Source: Scenedesmus sp. PABB004
Lineage: Eukaryota
Direction of reading: 5' to 3'
DNA length: 64,000 nt
Assembly (NCBI GenBank): GCA_014905635.1
Contig: JABVCE010000002.1
Span: 1,984,001 to 2,048,000 of the forward strand
The stretch's first letter is position 1. Each line of letters opens with the position of its first letter. The notes below the pieces were generated by a model. That model searched no databases. It was not told the origin of the DNA and was given only the letters and a program-made list of their open reading frames with translations. Of this stretch, positions 50,799 to 64,000 are shown piece after piece. Position numbers and translations under genes: made by a program.

Positions 50799-53700
50799 TC
50801 ACGGCGCGTCGGGGTCGAGCGGCGCCTCGACCTCGTGGCTGTCAGGCACGACAGTGAAGTAGCTGGAGATCGCGGCCCTGGCGGCGCGGCGGCGGCGGTG
50901 CGCGGTCGGCGCGGCGGCTGCGCGCGCGCGCCGCCTCGGCGCGCGGCGCCGCGGCCCGCGCGCGCGGCCCCCGCGCCGACCTGAAGCGCCGGGAGTACTG
51001 CTTGGGCGAGACGATCGTCGGCTCCTTGCCCGCGCCGCCGAGTATGCCGCTCGCCTTGACCCACGTCTCCAGCTGCTTGTCCCACGTGTAGGTGCGAATG
51101 AAGTCAATCAGCCCCACCACCAGCGCGTTGGACTCGCGGTCCACGCCTGCGGCGGGCCGGCGGGCGCGCGGGGCGCGGCGGCGCGGCGCGGCGCAGGCGC
51201 GAGGGGGCGGTGGGCGGGCGGGCGGGCGGGCGGCGGCGGGCGGGCGGGCGGGCGGCGGCGGGCGGCGGGCGGGCGGGCGGGCGGGCGGGGCGCCGGCGCG
51301 GGCGCCGGCGCTGCCGCGCACGCCGCCGCCCCTCGCGCGGGCGCCGGCCCCGTGCGCGGAGGGGTCTCACCCACGAGCAGGCTGTAATCCATGACCCCCA
51401 GCCCCGCCAGGAAGGCTGTGTCCGCCCACAGCGCGCGCTCCATGCGCCGCAGCAGCCCTTGGTCCACCAGGATCGGCGCCTGCGCAACGCGGCGCGGCGG
51501 GCGGGGCGCAGCGCGCGTCGGCCGCGCCGCACGCCCCGCACAGCCGCCGCCGCCGCCGCGCCCGCCGCGCCCGCCGCGCCCGCCGCGCCCGCCGCGCCGG
51601 CCGCGCCCGCCGCCGCCGCGCGCGCCGCCGGGCGCGCCTGCAGGTTGGCGGCGCGCAGGTTGTCGTCGAGGTGCACCGCCGCCGCGTCCTGCGGGTTGGC
51701 CGCGGCGTCGGCGTTGAAGCGCGCGCGCTCGCTGCCCTTGAGGTCGTAGATGCGGCTGATCTGGCGGTCATAGAAAATATTCTCCATGACCAGCACATCA
51801 ATCGCGCCGTCGCGGTACGGGCCCGACCCGCCCGCGCCGCCGCCGGCGCCGCCGGCGCCGCCGGGCGCGGCGCCGCCCGCGCCGCCGAGCGGCGCGCCGC
51901 CCTGCGCGGCGGGCGCGCGCGCGCGGGGGCGCAGTCGGGCGCGGCGCGGGCGGCGGCCGCGCGGCGGGCGGAGGCGCGGCGCGGCGGGCCGCGCGGTGCA
52001 CGCCGGCCGCCCACCTGGGAACGCAGGGTGATGCTGTACACGCCGGCGACCTTGGCGAGCGTGGTCGGCGCGCCGCTGGCGGCGGCGCGGGCCATGTGGG
52101 CAAAGTAGGCCGGCGCAAACTCCAGGAACGACGCCTGCGGGGATGGCGGGTGGGTGGGTGGGTGGGTGGGTGGGTGGGTGGGTGGGTGGGCGGGTGGGTG
52201 GGCGGGCGGGTGGGTAGGCAGTCGGCGGCGGCGGGTGTGGGCGGGCGTGGGCAGCGCGGCACGCTGCACGCCGCCGGGCGGCCGGCCCCGGGCCGCGCGG
52301 CCGGCGCCGCCCGTGCGCGCCGACCAATGAACCGCACCTTCTCGGGCTTGCTGAGGCTCTTGACGATGAAGCGGTCATCCCGCGTCTTGGCAAAGTAGGC
52401 GTTGGACTTGCCGCCGCGCGACGCCCACGCGCGGCAGCGGCACAGGCTCGTCACGTACGCCGCCTCGCCGCCCGCGACGCAGCGGCGGCGCAGCTCCGCA
52501 AACTGGGGCGCAAAGTAGGCGGTCACGCCAAAGCGCGCGCGCAGCCAGGGCATGCCCGGGGAGTCGTCCTCGAAGCCGTGCTTCACGTGCAGCGGCTCGG
52601 GGCTGAGCAGCAGCGCGAGCCAGTCGGGGCCGCCGCCCGCGGGGCCGGGGCCGCGGCGCGGCGCGGGCGCCCGCGCGCGCGCCGCCTCGGCCTCCTGGTG
52701 CTGCTGCTGCTGCTGCGACTGCTGCGACTGCTGCTGTGTCTGTTGCTGCTGCGACGACTGCTGCTGCTGCTGCAGCAGCTCGGCCGCCACCGCCGCGCCC
52801 GCGCCGTCTGCCGCGTCCGGCTCCGAGCCGGCCGGCGTGCCCTCGCCGCCGGCGAGCGAGCTCGTGCCGCTGCCGCCGCCCCCTGCGCAGACCCAGCCGC
52901 CGGGCACGTCGGCACCGCCGCCGTGCTGGCCCGCGGCCGGGGCGACGGGCGTGAGCACCGGCGACGCCGGCGCGAGCGGCTGGTACCCGACCGGCGCCTC
53001 GCCGCCGCCGCCGCCCTGGCCGCCGCCGCCGCCCTGGCCGCCGCCGCCGCGGGCGCCGCGGGCGCCGCGGGCCGGGTCGTCGCCGTGCAGGATCTGCCGC
53101 ATCGCCGCGTTGAGCGCCTGCTGGTAGGGCCGGCTGGAGAGGAAGTATGCCGCGATGCTGGTCGGCTCGGCGTCAAAGATGGGAATGACGGTGTCGTTGA
53201 TGCCCGCCGGCATGAGCGCGCGCCCCGGCAGCGCGACGCGCGCGATCTGCTGCAGCGCCGCGCCGCCGCGCCCGGGCGCGGTGCCGGCGCCCGCGCCGGC
53301 GCTGCCCGTGCGAATGGGCGCGAGGCCGGGCGGCGCGCTCGGCGCGGCCGGCCGCTGCGCCGCGTCCGCCGCCGGCAGCTCGGCCGAGCCGGTGCGCCGG
53401 TGCGCGGCGCCGGGGGCGCCGCCCTCGGCTGCGGCGCCCGCTGCTGCCACGCCGCCCGCCGCAGCCGCCCGCGCGGCGAGGTCGGGCGTCGCCGGCGGCG
53501 TCGGCTGCTGTGGCTGCTGCGGCTGGCCCTGCTGCTCCGCTGCGGCGCCGCCGCCGCTCGGGTCGTCCCAGTCCGGCAGCTGCTCGGGGAAGTTGTCACT
53601 CATGTCATCGGTGGTGCCGTCGCAGGCGGTGACCTCATGGCTCGTCATCCACGCCACAAAGCGCTCGTGCGCCGCCTCGCCGTCGTCGCTGTCGCCCTCG

Positions 53701-56700
53701 TCCGCGGCGCCGGCGCCGCCGGCAGCGGCGGCTGCGGCGGCGGCGCTGCCCGCGCCGCTCGCAGTGCGGCGGTGCCCGGCCGCGGCGGCGGCGGCGGCGG
53801 TCGCGCCGGCCGCGCGCGCGACGCCAAGCGCGCTGCCGCTGCTGGCGAGGGAGGCCGACGACGGCGACGGCGGCTGGCCGGCGGTGGTGCCCGAGCCGAG
53901 CGACGCGCCCGCGCCCGGCTGGCCGCCCGGGCTGGGCCGCCCCACCGCGTCGCCGCGTGGGCTGCCGCCGCCGCTGCCGAGGCTGAGGCTGGTCGTCAGC
54001 CGCCGCCCCACGCTGCTGAGCAGCTGCCCCGCGCGGCCGGTGGGGCTGCCAGCCGCCGCCGCGCCGGCCGCCGCCGCCGCCGCGATGCCGCCCTTGGGGC
54101 TGCCCGGCCCGCTGGCGCCGCCGTGCCGCCCCGCGCTGCCCAGGCTGCTGCTGCGGCTGTGCGGGCCGAGCACGCGCCGCGCGCCGGGCTCGCCGCCGCC
54201 GCCGCCCGGGGGCGCCTCGGAGGCCCGTGTGACCGCCATCATCACCGACTGGCTGCCCTCCAGCAGCCCTCCTGCAGCGGCACGCGGGCGGGCGCGGATC
54301 AGCGCACAGCGACCGACGACGCGCGCGCGCGCGCAGCCGCGCCGCCTCGCGGCTGCGTGCGGCCGCGCGACGCGCACCCGCGGTCGTGGCGGCCGCCTCG
54401 TGCGCCACGAGGCTGGCCACCGCCTGCACCGCGATGGGGCCGTCGTTGGGCAGGATCGGCACGCTCACGCAGGCGCCGGCCGACGCGTCGCTCTCTGCGG
54501 AGTGGCGCCGAGCGTCGGGCGCGCGCGGCCCCGGCCCAGCGGCGCACAGCACCCGCCCACGGGCCCCACGCCGAGCGGCCCCTGCCGCGGCGCACGCACC
54601 TTGGCCGTCGGTGATGCCGAGGCGCTGCGCCGCCATCGCCGGCGGCAGGTGGAACATGCTGCCGCCGTGCACGCTGCTGGCCACGCTGTCCGCCGTCGCG
54701 AGGCCCGCCGCCGCCGCCACCGCGGCCGCCGCCGCGAGCGGGCTGCCGGGCGCCGCCGCCGCCGCGGCCGCGGCCGCGCCCAGCGCCGAGGGCCCCGCCG
54801 CCGCGCTGGACGCGCTCGCCGCGAGCATCTGCGTGAAGAAGCTCGGCTCCTGCAGCGCCGCTGCCCAGGTGAGCATGGTGATGGCGAGCGTGCGGCGCAG
54901 GCGGTTGAGCTCCAGAATGCCAGACATGACCTGCTCGTCCCACGTGCCGCCGGCGCCGCCCGCGCTGCCGCCGCCTGCGGAGGCGGGCGGGCGGCGTGGA
55001 GGAGTCGGCGCGCGCACGCGCGCGCGTGCGCATGTGCGCACACTGGAGCGCCCGCCGCCGCGGCCCCGCCGCGCGACGCACCTCCCTCGCTGCCCTGCGA
55101 GCCGGGCGTCGCGCGGCGCACCGCGTCCGCCACCTTGTCCATGAGGCTGCTGCGGTCCTTGCGCACCGCGCTCAGCATCGCCGCGACGCTCACGAGCGAC
55201 GCGGCCGCAGCGGGCGCCGCCGGTGCGTCCTGCGCCACCGCGGCGGGCTCCGCGCCGGCCGACGTTGCGTCGCCGTCGCCGGCGGCGACGCCGCCACGGT
55301 CGCCGCCGTCGCCGCCGCCCGCGTCGCCCGCGCCGGCCGCTGCTGCCGCAGACGCCGCGGCCTCGTCCGACAGCGGCGTGGTGCCGCCCGACCGCTGCTG
55401 CTGCTGCTCGCGCGGCGGGCGTGGCGCCGCCGCCGCCGCCTGCGCCCGAAAGAAGGGGTGGCTCTGCAGGGCCGACTCCAGCACGTCGAACGCCTCGTTG
55501 GACTCCTGTCGCCGGCAGCGGCGGCGGCGGCGGCGGTGGCGGCGGGCTCGCGGGCCGCCCGTGCGCGGCAGGGCTGAGGCTGGCGGACGGCCGCGGCCGC
55601 GCGCGCGGCCGCGCCTGGCAGAGCTCCGCCGACTCCTGTTTGAGCCACATGACCTGGGCGTTGAGGCTGTAGCTCACGCGCGCGCGCGGCAGCGCCACGC
55701 CGCACGGAAAGATGGCGTCCTGGTGCAGGCACATCACCGTGCTGCGGCGGCGGCGGCGGCGGCGGCGGGCCAGTCCGGTCGCGCCGGCACCGGCGGCGGT
55801 GCGCGCGCGGCTGAGCGGCGGCGCTTGCGGGCGTGGCGGCAGGCGGCGCACCGCCCCAGGCCAAAGTAGCGCACAAAGCCGGCGTGCAGCTGCGTGCCAA
55901 AGACCTCCAGCCCCGGCGCGGAGAAGCAGAGGGACAGGAACATGCCAAACGACATGCACGCGCTGCCCTGGCACAGCGGCAGCCTGGCGGGCGTGGCGGC
56001 GGCGGCGCATGCCGTTGGAAAAGCAGGGCGCGGAGCACGCGCGGAGCACGCGCGGGCGCTCCCGGCGTGCCGGGCGCAAGGCCGGATGCGGCCCGCCGCC
56101 CCGCGCCGCACCTGCGCACGGCGCTGGCGTCGCCCGCGTGGCGGCCGCCCTTGGGGCGCAGCCACGTCCACACCTGCCCGCGGTCCTCACCCGGCAGCGC
56201 CTCGCTGGCTGGCAGCGTGGCGATGCTCAGAGTGATGCGGCTGCGGCCGTGCAGGAACGTGCGCACGTGGCACGTCACGCCGTCGCCGCACCCGGGCACC
56301 TGCGCGGCGCGCGGCCGGGCGGGCGTGTCGCGCTGCGGGGAGAGGCGCGTGGTGGAGGCTCCCAGCTCCCGGCGCGCCCGCGCGCCGCGCCCTGCCGCGC
56401 GCGCACCTGGCACTTTTTCTGGCTGTGCGGCGCCGCCGCGACAATGAAGCCGGCCAGGCTGAGGTCGCTGTGGCAGTAGTGGTCGATGCGTTTGATTGCC
56501 GGCGGCTCGCACATCAGCCCACGCCGCGGGTTGCGGCAGGCCATGCTCAGGAAGATGTGCTGCCTGCGCGGCGCGGCGCGGCGCAGCAAGAGGTGAGCGG
56601 TGGGCGGCGCCCGGCTGCGCCGCCGCGCGCCAGGGAAGGGGGCCGCCCTCCCTCTCAGCGCGCCGCGCGCCTGTCATAGAGCTGCAGGCCCTGCAGCCAC

Positions 56701-56959
56701 AGCGGCGCGACGCGCGGCACGCCGGCATCGCCGCCCGCGGCCCCCGAGTCGGCGTCCGAGCGCGAGTCGTCGTCCGAGAGCAGGTCCGAGCCGTCACCGG
56801 GGGACGTGCGCCGCCGCAGCGGGTCCGTGTACTCCTCGCCGCCGCCGCCGGCCTCGCCCTCGCTGCAGCAGGGCGCGCTGCGCGCGCTCGCGGGGCTGCC
56901 GGGCTCGCCCGCAGGCTCGCTGGAGCCCTCGCCGCCGCCCGCCTGCGACGGCTGCTGCG

Positions 56960-56991
<32 letters not shown>

Positions 56992-58561
56992 GTCTGCGCC
57001 TGCGTCTGCGTCTGCGTCTGCTGCGTCTGCTGGCTCTGTGCCTGCGCATGGTGGTGGTGGTGGTGGTGGTGCGCGGCGGCCGCGGCCGCGGCCGCCGCCG
57101 CCACCGCATGGCGCTGCTCGATCTCCAGCGCGTCCGGCACCACCACGTGCGGCGACAGGCTCAGCAGCAGCCGCGCGTCGCTCTCCAGGCCCGCCGGGTT
57201 GGTGGCGTCGCGCGAGGCGCGCACCGCAGCGCGCGCCAGCGAATGGAGCAGCGCAGCGTCGCCGGCGGCCTCTGCACGCGGCGGGCGGGCAGCGGCGGCG
57301 CGGTGAGGCGGTTAGGAACCTTGCCGCGGCGCCGCCGCGGCCCCAGAGGTCGCGGCCGGGCCCGGGGGGACTCCACCGCGGTGCGGCACCGCGCGGCGCG
57401 CACCTGGCGCCGCCAGCGCCGCAGTGGCCAGCGCGAGCTCCTCCGCGAGGAAGCTGCACTCCAGGCCCTGGTGGTAGGCTGCCAGAACCCCGAACCGCAC
57501 CACGCGCTTGAGCTTGGTCAGCTCCGACGCGCTGCCGCCCCAGAGCAGCACCGTGCAGCCCAGCGGCAGCGGGCAGCCGTCAAACAGCATCAGCGTCTTG
57601 GCCGCCGCCGGCGTGGCGCTCACGGGCGCCGCCCGGGCGCCGCCGCCCGGGCGCGGCGGCGCGGCAGCCGCCGCTGCCGCCCCGCCGCCCTCGCCGCCGC
57701 CACCGCCCTCGCCGCCGGCGCCGCCAGCGTCGAGCGCCGCCAGCGCTCCGCTGCTGGCGCTCTGCGAGACCCCCGGCTGCTGCGGCTGGCCGCTGGCGCC
57801 GCTGTTGGGCGCCGGCAGCGGCGTCACCTTGAAGTGGCTGCAGCTTCCCACCAGCGCCGGCGACAGCTCCTCCACCGACGGCGCCACCTTCAGCGGCGGC
57901 GCGGCGTGGCCGGGGCAGCGTCAGCAACTGCGCGGCGGCTGCTGCAGCAATCGCGCGCGCGCGCCCGCTGCCGGCGGCGTGTCACGCCGGGCGCCCCCGC
58001 GGCGGCGCGCCTTGACGCCCATGCAGCGCCCCAGGCGCTCCAGCAGCTCCGGCTTGGTGTGCTGCACCAGCGCGATGCCCCGGGCCAGCAGCTCCTCCTG
58101 CGCGCCGCGTGCCACGCTGCGCTCCACCAGCAGCAGGTCGGGCCTGGCGCCGCGGCGGCGGCGGCGGCGGCGCGTGCCGTGGGCGCGCGCGCCGGCGCGG
58201 CAGCGGCGGCGCGCGCGCCGCCAGCGCCCCCGGCGGTGCGCACTTGAGCGACGCGACGCGCGCGACCGCGAGGCGCAGGTGCTCGCGCTCCTGCTCCAGC
58301 AGCGTGTCAAAGCTGGACAGCCGGTTGGCGACACGCTGGTACTCGAGCGCGCCGGACAGCAGCAGCACCGCGGGCGCGGCGATGTCGGTGCGCATGCGGC
58401 GGTGCGCGACGTTCTTCTTGGCCACCACGCCCCGCACGACGCGGCTGTCCCCCGGCGCGCCCATGTCCGGCAGCGCCTTGACCTGCGGCGCCGACGCGCA
58501 GCGCAGCCCGGCGCGGCGCGGCGGGCGGTGGGCGCGCGCCCACGGCGGGCGCGGCGGCGGC

Positions 58562-58614
<53 letters not shown>

Positions 58615-58978
58615 CGCTCCCGAGCCGCGGCGCCCGGGCCGCGCCTTGACGTAGAAGCGCGGGTCCTGCTCCCCAAACGCGGCGGCCGCGGCCGGCAGGA
58701 GCGCGCGCGACGCCTCGCACACGAGCCGCAGCACGACTGGCAGCCACGCCTCGGCCCCCGCCACCTCCTCGGCCTGCAGCAGCTGCCACAGCAGCGCGCG
58801 CAGGTGCGCGTCGGCGGCGGCCCCCAGCTCCTGCCGGTTGAGCAGCACCAGCGGGTGCAGCCCGCTGCTGGCCGGAGGCTGCTGGCCGCTGGGACTGAGG
58901 GGGAGCTCCGGCGACGCCGCCCCGGCCGCCTCTGGCTCGCCGTCGCCCGCCTCGGCCGCCGGCGCGCCCGCGTCCCCG

Positions 58979-59016
<38 letters not shown>

Positions 59017-59848
59017 GGCGAGCGCCTCCGGCGGTGGGCCGAACGTGCGCTCCAGCACCGGCGGCACCTCCCACGTGAGGGACCCGTCCGAGCCGCTGGC
59101 GCCGCGAGAGGCGGAGTGCCGGAGCTTGCTCGGCGACGACGGGCCACGCCCGCCGGCGCCGCCGCTCTCGTCGGTGCGCCTGCGCATGCGCGCGTGCGGG
59201 CGGTGCCTCGGCGCGCGGCGGGCGGCTGCAGGCAGCCCGGCAACCAACAGCCGAGCTGCTGCGCTAGCTGCAGGGCCAGTCCCGTCGCGCTGCGCGGGCC
59301 GCGCACCTGGCGGCGCCCTCGGCCGTGCGCTGCACGCTGCCCAGCAGCAGCTGCTCCGCCGCGCCCTGCTGCGCGCGCTCCGCGCTGTCGTCATCGCACT
59401 GCCGCATGCGGTGGCCTGCGTGCGCGCAGCGCGCGGCCGCGGCGCGTCAGAGGCCGGCCCGCGGCGCAGCGCCCGCCCCGCGCCGCCGCGCTGAGCTCAC
59501 AGTAGTTGCATACGCGCAGCCAGCTCTGGTCCGCGGCGTCGCGCGGCGCGGGGATGGCGTTGGCGGTGCAGCCGGCGCAGAAGATGCGGCCGCAGATGCG
59601 GCAGTGGTGGCGGCGCACGAATACGCTGAACGGCGTCTCGCACTCGTAGCACGCCCGGCACGTCGCGTCGTCAACCCAGTAGTCTTTGCCCGACTGCCCG
59701 CCGCCGGTGGCGGCAGCCTTGTCGCCTGGGGCGCGGCGGCGCGGCCGTGGCGTCGCGCGCGGGGCGAGCAGCGCGGCGGCGCTGCTGCTGCGCCGCGCCG
59801 CGTCGCACCGGTGAGGGTATTGACGAACTTGCTCAGCAGCGAGTCCAT
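50799..59848 (-). CDS. FAB1: 1-phosphatidylinositol-3-phosphate 5-kinase FAB1/PIKfyve (FYVE, CCT-like, PIP kinase domains), ~20 exons
   Basis: [88 protein letters not shown]; kinase [59 protein letters not shown]. Confidence 0.96.
51210..51290. repeat. (GGGC)n-rich tract in a FAB1 intron
   Basis: gggcgggcgggcgggcgggc runs directly visible. Confidence 0.8.
52148..52215. repeat. (GGGT)n microsatellite in a FAB1 intron
   Basis: About 10 consecutive gggt units followed by gggc/gggt variants. Confidence 0.9.
58561..58615. repeat. (CGCGGG)n hexamer repeat in a FAB1 intron
   Basis: cgcggg repeated about 8 times. Confidence 0.85.
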
Positions 59849-60241
59849 GGCGCGTGTTGGGCCTCAGGCCTGCCTCACGGCGCTGGGCGGGGGCTGCTGC
59901 GGCCTGGGCGCCGAGCGGCAGGCCTCCCCTTGTGGCGCCCGCAGCCCCGTCGTGGCATGCTCGTGCGGCCCCGCGGGCGCGGCGTGGCGTCTCCGGTACA
60001 GGGGAGAAGACGTGGGGCGCGGCAGGAGGGCGGGGAGGACGTTTGTTGCTGCTGCTGCTGCTGTGCTCGCGGGCCGGCTGGGCGGGCCGCGTGGGCGGTC
60101 GGGTCGGCAGCGGGGTCGGGACGGCGAGGCTGAGCGCCCGTCGCGACGGCGGCGAGCGCCCGTCGCGACGGCGGCGAGCGCACGCGGTTCACACGGGCAG
60201 GGCGCGCCAGCGCGTGAGCAGGCGGCGGCGCCGCCGCCCGC

Positions 60242-60968
60242 TCACGCCAGCGCGAGGAAGGGGTCGGCGTCGGGGTCGTCGTCGCCGCCGGGGCGCGGCG
60301 CCGCGTAGACGGCGACGTAGGTGCGGCCGTACTTGCGGTCCGTCACGCGCGCGAGCGGGCCGATCGCGTCGCGCACCTCGCGCGCCAGCTGCTTCGGGTA
60401 CTCAACGAACACCACCGACCCAGCGTGCAGCAGCGGCGAGGCCTCGAGCAGGTCGAAGAGCTCGGGGTAGCTCACGAGGAGGTAGGGTGGGCACACTGAG
60501 ATGAAGTCAAAGGCCCCGCCCGCAAAGCGCGGCAGCGCCGCCGCGCGGCGCAGAAAGTCCTCGGCCTTGGTCGTGTGCGTCGTCGCGCGCGCCGAGAAGC
60601 CGCACGCGCCGATGTTGCGCGAGAGGATGCGCGAGACAACGACGGGGTCCATCTCGACAAAGTGCGCCTCGCCGACGCCGCGCGAGAGCGCCTCGAGCCC
60701 GACGCTGCCCGTGCCGGCAAAGAGGTCGAGCCAGCGCGCGCCGCGCGGCAGCCCGCCCGGCGTGCCGGCCTGGGCCTGCAGGATGTTGAACACCGCCTGG
60801 CGCACCTTCTCCATCATCGGCCGCGTCTGCGCGGAGCGGAAGCTCAGCAGCCGCCGCCCCGCCGCGCTGCCGGCGACGATGCGCAGCGTCTGCTGCGTCT
60901 TGTGGTCGGACGCGCCCAGCCCGACCGCGCGCTTCTGCCAAGGCGCACGGCGGCGGCGGCAGCGGCGC

Positions 60969-61000
<32 letters not shown>

Positions 61001-62955
61001 GTGAGCCCGGCGACGCGGCCGCCCAGCCGGCCGCCGCGCGCGCCGCGCCGCCAGGCCCCCCGGGGCCCCGCCCGGCTCGGCTGCGCTGCGGCCGGGCTCA
61101 CCTTGAAGTCAGAGTACGCCGAGTCAATCTCGACCTGGTCCTTCATCAGCTTCTTGACCTGGTCCGGCCGGAAGTAGCGGCGCAGCAGCTCCTCCTGCTC
61201 CTCCAGGTCGATGCCGGTCGTGCCGGCGGAGCCGCCCCACTGCACGCTCGCCGCGTTGCCGGCCGCGAGGCTGTCCTCGAGCAGCCCGCCCGCCTCGTCC
61301 TCCGCCGCCGACAGCTCGTCGAGCAGGGAGCGCTGCCGCCGCGCCGCCGCGAGCGCCGAGGGCGGCAGGTCGCTGAGGAACCAGTCGTCCGCCTGGCCCA
61401 TGTCGGCCAGCAGCGACGCCTCGAGCGCGCCCTCGCCCGCCTGCCCGCGGTGCGGCGTGGGCGGCAGGGAGGCGCGTGAGCGCGGCCCGGCGCGGGGCGG
61501 CGCCTTCGCATTGCACCCGCCGGCGCCGGCCGCACCTCCTCGGCGGCACCCCGCCGCTGCCGCTTGGCGGGGCTGGTCGGCAGGCGCATGCTGCGCCCGT
61601 CGTCCTCATACTCCTCGAACTCCTCCTCATCCGCCTTCTCATCCTCCTCCCAGCCCGCCAGGTCGGTGCCACGGGCCTCCACCGTGGTGGCGCTGCCGCT
61701 GGAAAAGTCGGTGAACTCCTGCGGCGGGCCGGGGCGCGGCGGAGTAGCGCCGCGTGGGCCCTCGGTTGCGGCGCGCCTCGACCGCGGCGCGCGGGCGCCG
61801 CCCCTGCTGCCGCGGCGTGCGGGCGCCGCCGCTGCCGCCGCGAAGCCGGCGCACCGTCCTGCCCTTGTCAAAAGTGATCACAAACTCCGGCTGCGTCTCG
61901 TCCTCGTCGTCCTCGCCGTCCTGCGCGTACGCCGCCTCGTGCGCGCGCAGCGCCGCCTTGGCCGCCGCGGCGGCCTGCATGCCCGCCAGGCCCGGCAGCT
62001 TGGCCTTCTTGGCGCCGCCGCCGCCCGCCGCGCGCCGCGCCACGTCGGCCTTGACCGCCTGCACGGCGCCGCCCGGCGGCCCGCCTCGGCCGCCCTGCTC
62101 CTGCTGCGCCTGCTCCTCCTGCTGCGCCTCCTGCTCCTCCTGCTCCAGCAGCGCCTTCTGCAGCAGCCCCAGACCCATCACGCCCTCCTCGCTCTGCATC
62201 GCCACAAACGGCGTGCCGCGCCGGCGCGCGGGCGCTGCGGCGGCGGCGCCGGCGGCGGCGGGGGCGGCGCGTCGGCGCGCAGCGGGCAGGGCCGACCGCG
62301 GAGCCGCGCCGAGCGCGGGGCAGCGGCGGTGACCGCGGTGGCGGCCGCTGCGCGCCGCACCAGCCTTGTTCTTGGCCGCCGCCGGCCGCTGCGGCGGGGG
62401 CGGCGGCGCGGCGGGCGGCGGCGCCGCGCCAGGCGCCGCGCCGACGTCCACGCCCCAGCCGTCGTCGTCGGCGAGCTCGTACAGCTGCGCGTTGCGCTTG
62501 CTGTCGCCGGGCTGCTGCTTGGCCGCGGTTGCCGCGACGGCGCCTGCGCAGCGCCAGCGTGTGGCGGCGGCGGGGCGGGGCGTCGGCGGCGCGGCCGGCC
62601 AGCCGGCGGCGCGGCCGGCCAGCCGGCGGCGCGGCGTGGGGCGCGTCCAAGCTGGGCTGCTGCTGCTGGAGCACCAGCAGCAGCACCACCACCAGCGCAG
62701 TGCGCCGCGGCAGCGGCGGCGGCGGCGCCGGCCGCCGCCGCCGCTTGGCGGGCTATTTGGCGCGCCAGCCGGCGCCGCCGCCCCGGCGCAGCGCCCCGAC
62801 CGTCCCTGCGCGCGTGCGGCCGGACGCCCACGCGGGCGCAGCGCCTGCCGCGGCCCACCTCGCGCGGGGCGCCGGCGGCCGCGCGCCGCCGGCGCCGCCG
62901 GCCGGCCGCTGGTGGACGGCGCGCACAGCGCGGCGCGGGAGTGGCTGGCCAGCAT
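60242..62955 (-). CDS. RSMD: Plastid RsmD-like 16S rRNA guanine-N2 methyltransferase with long acidic N-terminal extension
   Basis: Transit-peptide-like MLASHSRAALCAPSTSGR; LRIVAGSAAGRRL...TRPMMEKVRQAVFNIL, RWLDLFAGTGSVGLEALSRG, FDFISVCPPY, RKYGRT. Confidence 0.88.
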
Positions 62956-63075
62956 GTTGCCGGCTCGGCGGCGACCCCCGCGCTCGCAGCGCCGCGGCGC
63001 GACGACGCTCCGAGCGAGCGGCGCGCTCTCGCGAGCGGGCGCGCGCGGGTGGCGACCTGGGTGCGTCGCGTGTGA

Positions 63076-64000
<925 letters not shown>

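Noticed and set aside
56940..57070. Cys/Trp-rich plus-strand ORF (CCCCC..., WWWW)
   Set aside because: It is the antisense of the poly-Gln and poly-His tracts of FAB1.

Overview
Very GC-rich, gene-dense, intron-rich eukaryotic nuclear DNA. It most likely comes from a chlorophycean green alga (inferred from an SBP-box factor, Chlamydomonas-like actin and kinesin-II, a plastid RsmD, and TGTAA poly(A) signals). Most long ORFs in the supplied track are GC artefacts; the real genes are split into short exons. About 21 genes can be reconstructed by hand: HECT E3 ligase (3' end), a coiled-coil protein, exportin-T, Derlin, DNA polymerase eta, COX19, thymidylate kinase, cytochrome c, NOP58, a NIPA8-like transporter, proteasome alpha-2, EBP1/PA2G4, a FUT8-like alpha-1,6-fucosyltransferase, kinesin-II (FLA8/KIF3B-like), MSI1, MRNIP, an SBP factor, INTS9, FAB1/PIKfyve, RsmD and actin (5' end). 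Main highlights: (1) at least 23 GC-AG introns, roughly one in five, all in an AG|GC context; (2) an animal-type core-fucosyltransferase homologue; (3) a 1.7-kb tandem duplication creating an SBP::INTS9 chimeric mini-gene; (4) a ~170-bp tandem array bracketed by 22-bp inverted repeats next to a lower-GC island; (5) two apparent 1-bp frameshifts; (6) a candidate bicistronic COX19-TMK unit. Gene identities come from recalled family motifs, not database searches. Exon boundaries are manual inferences.
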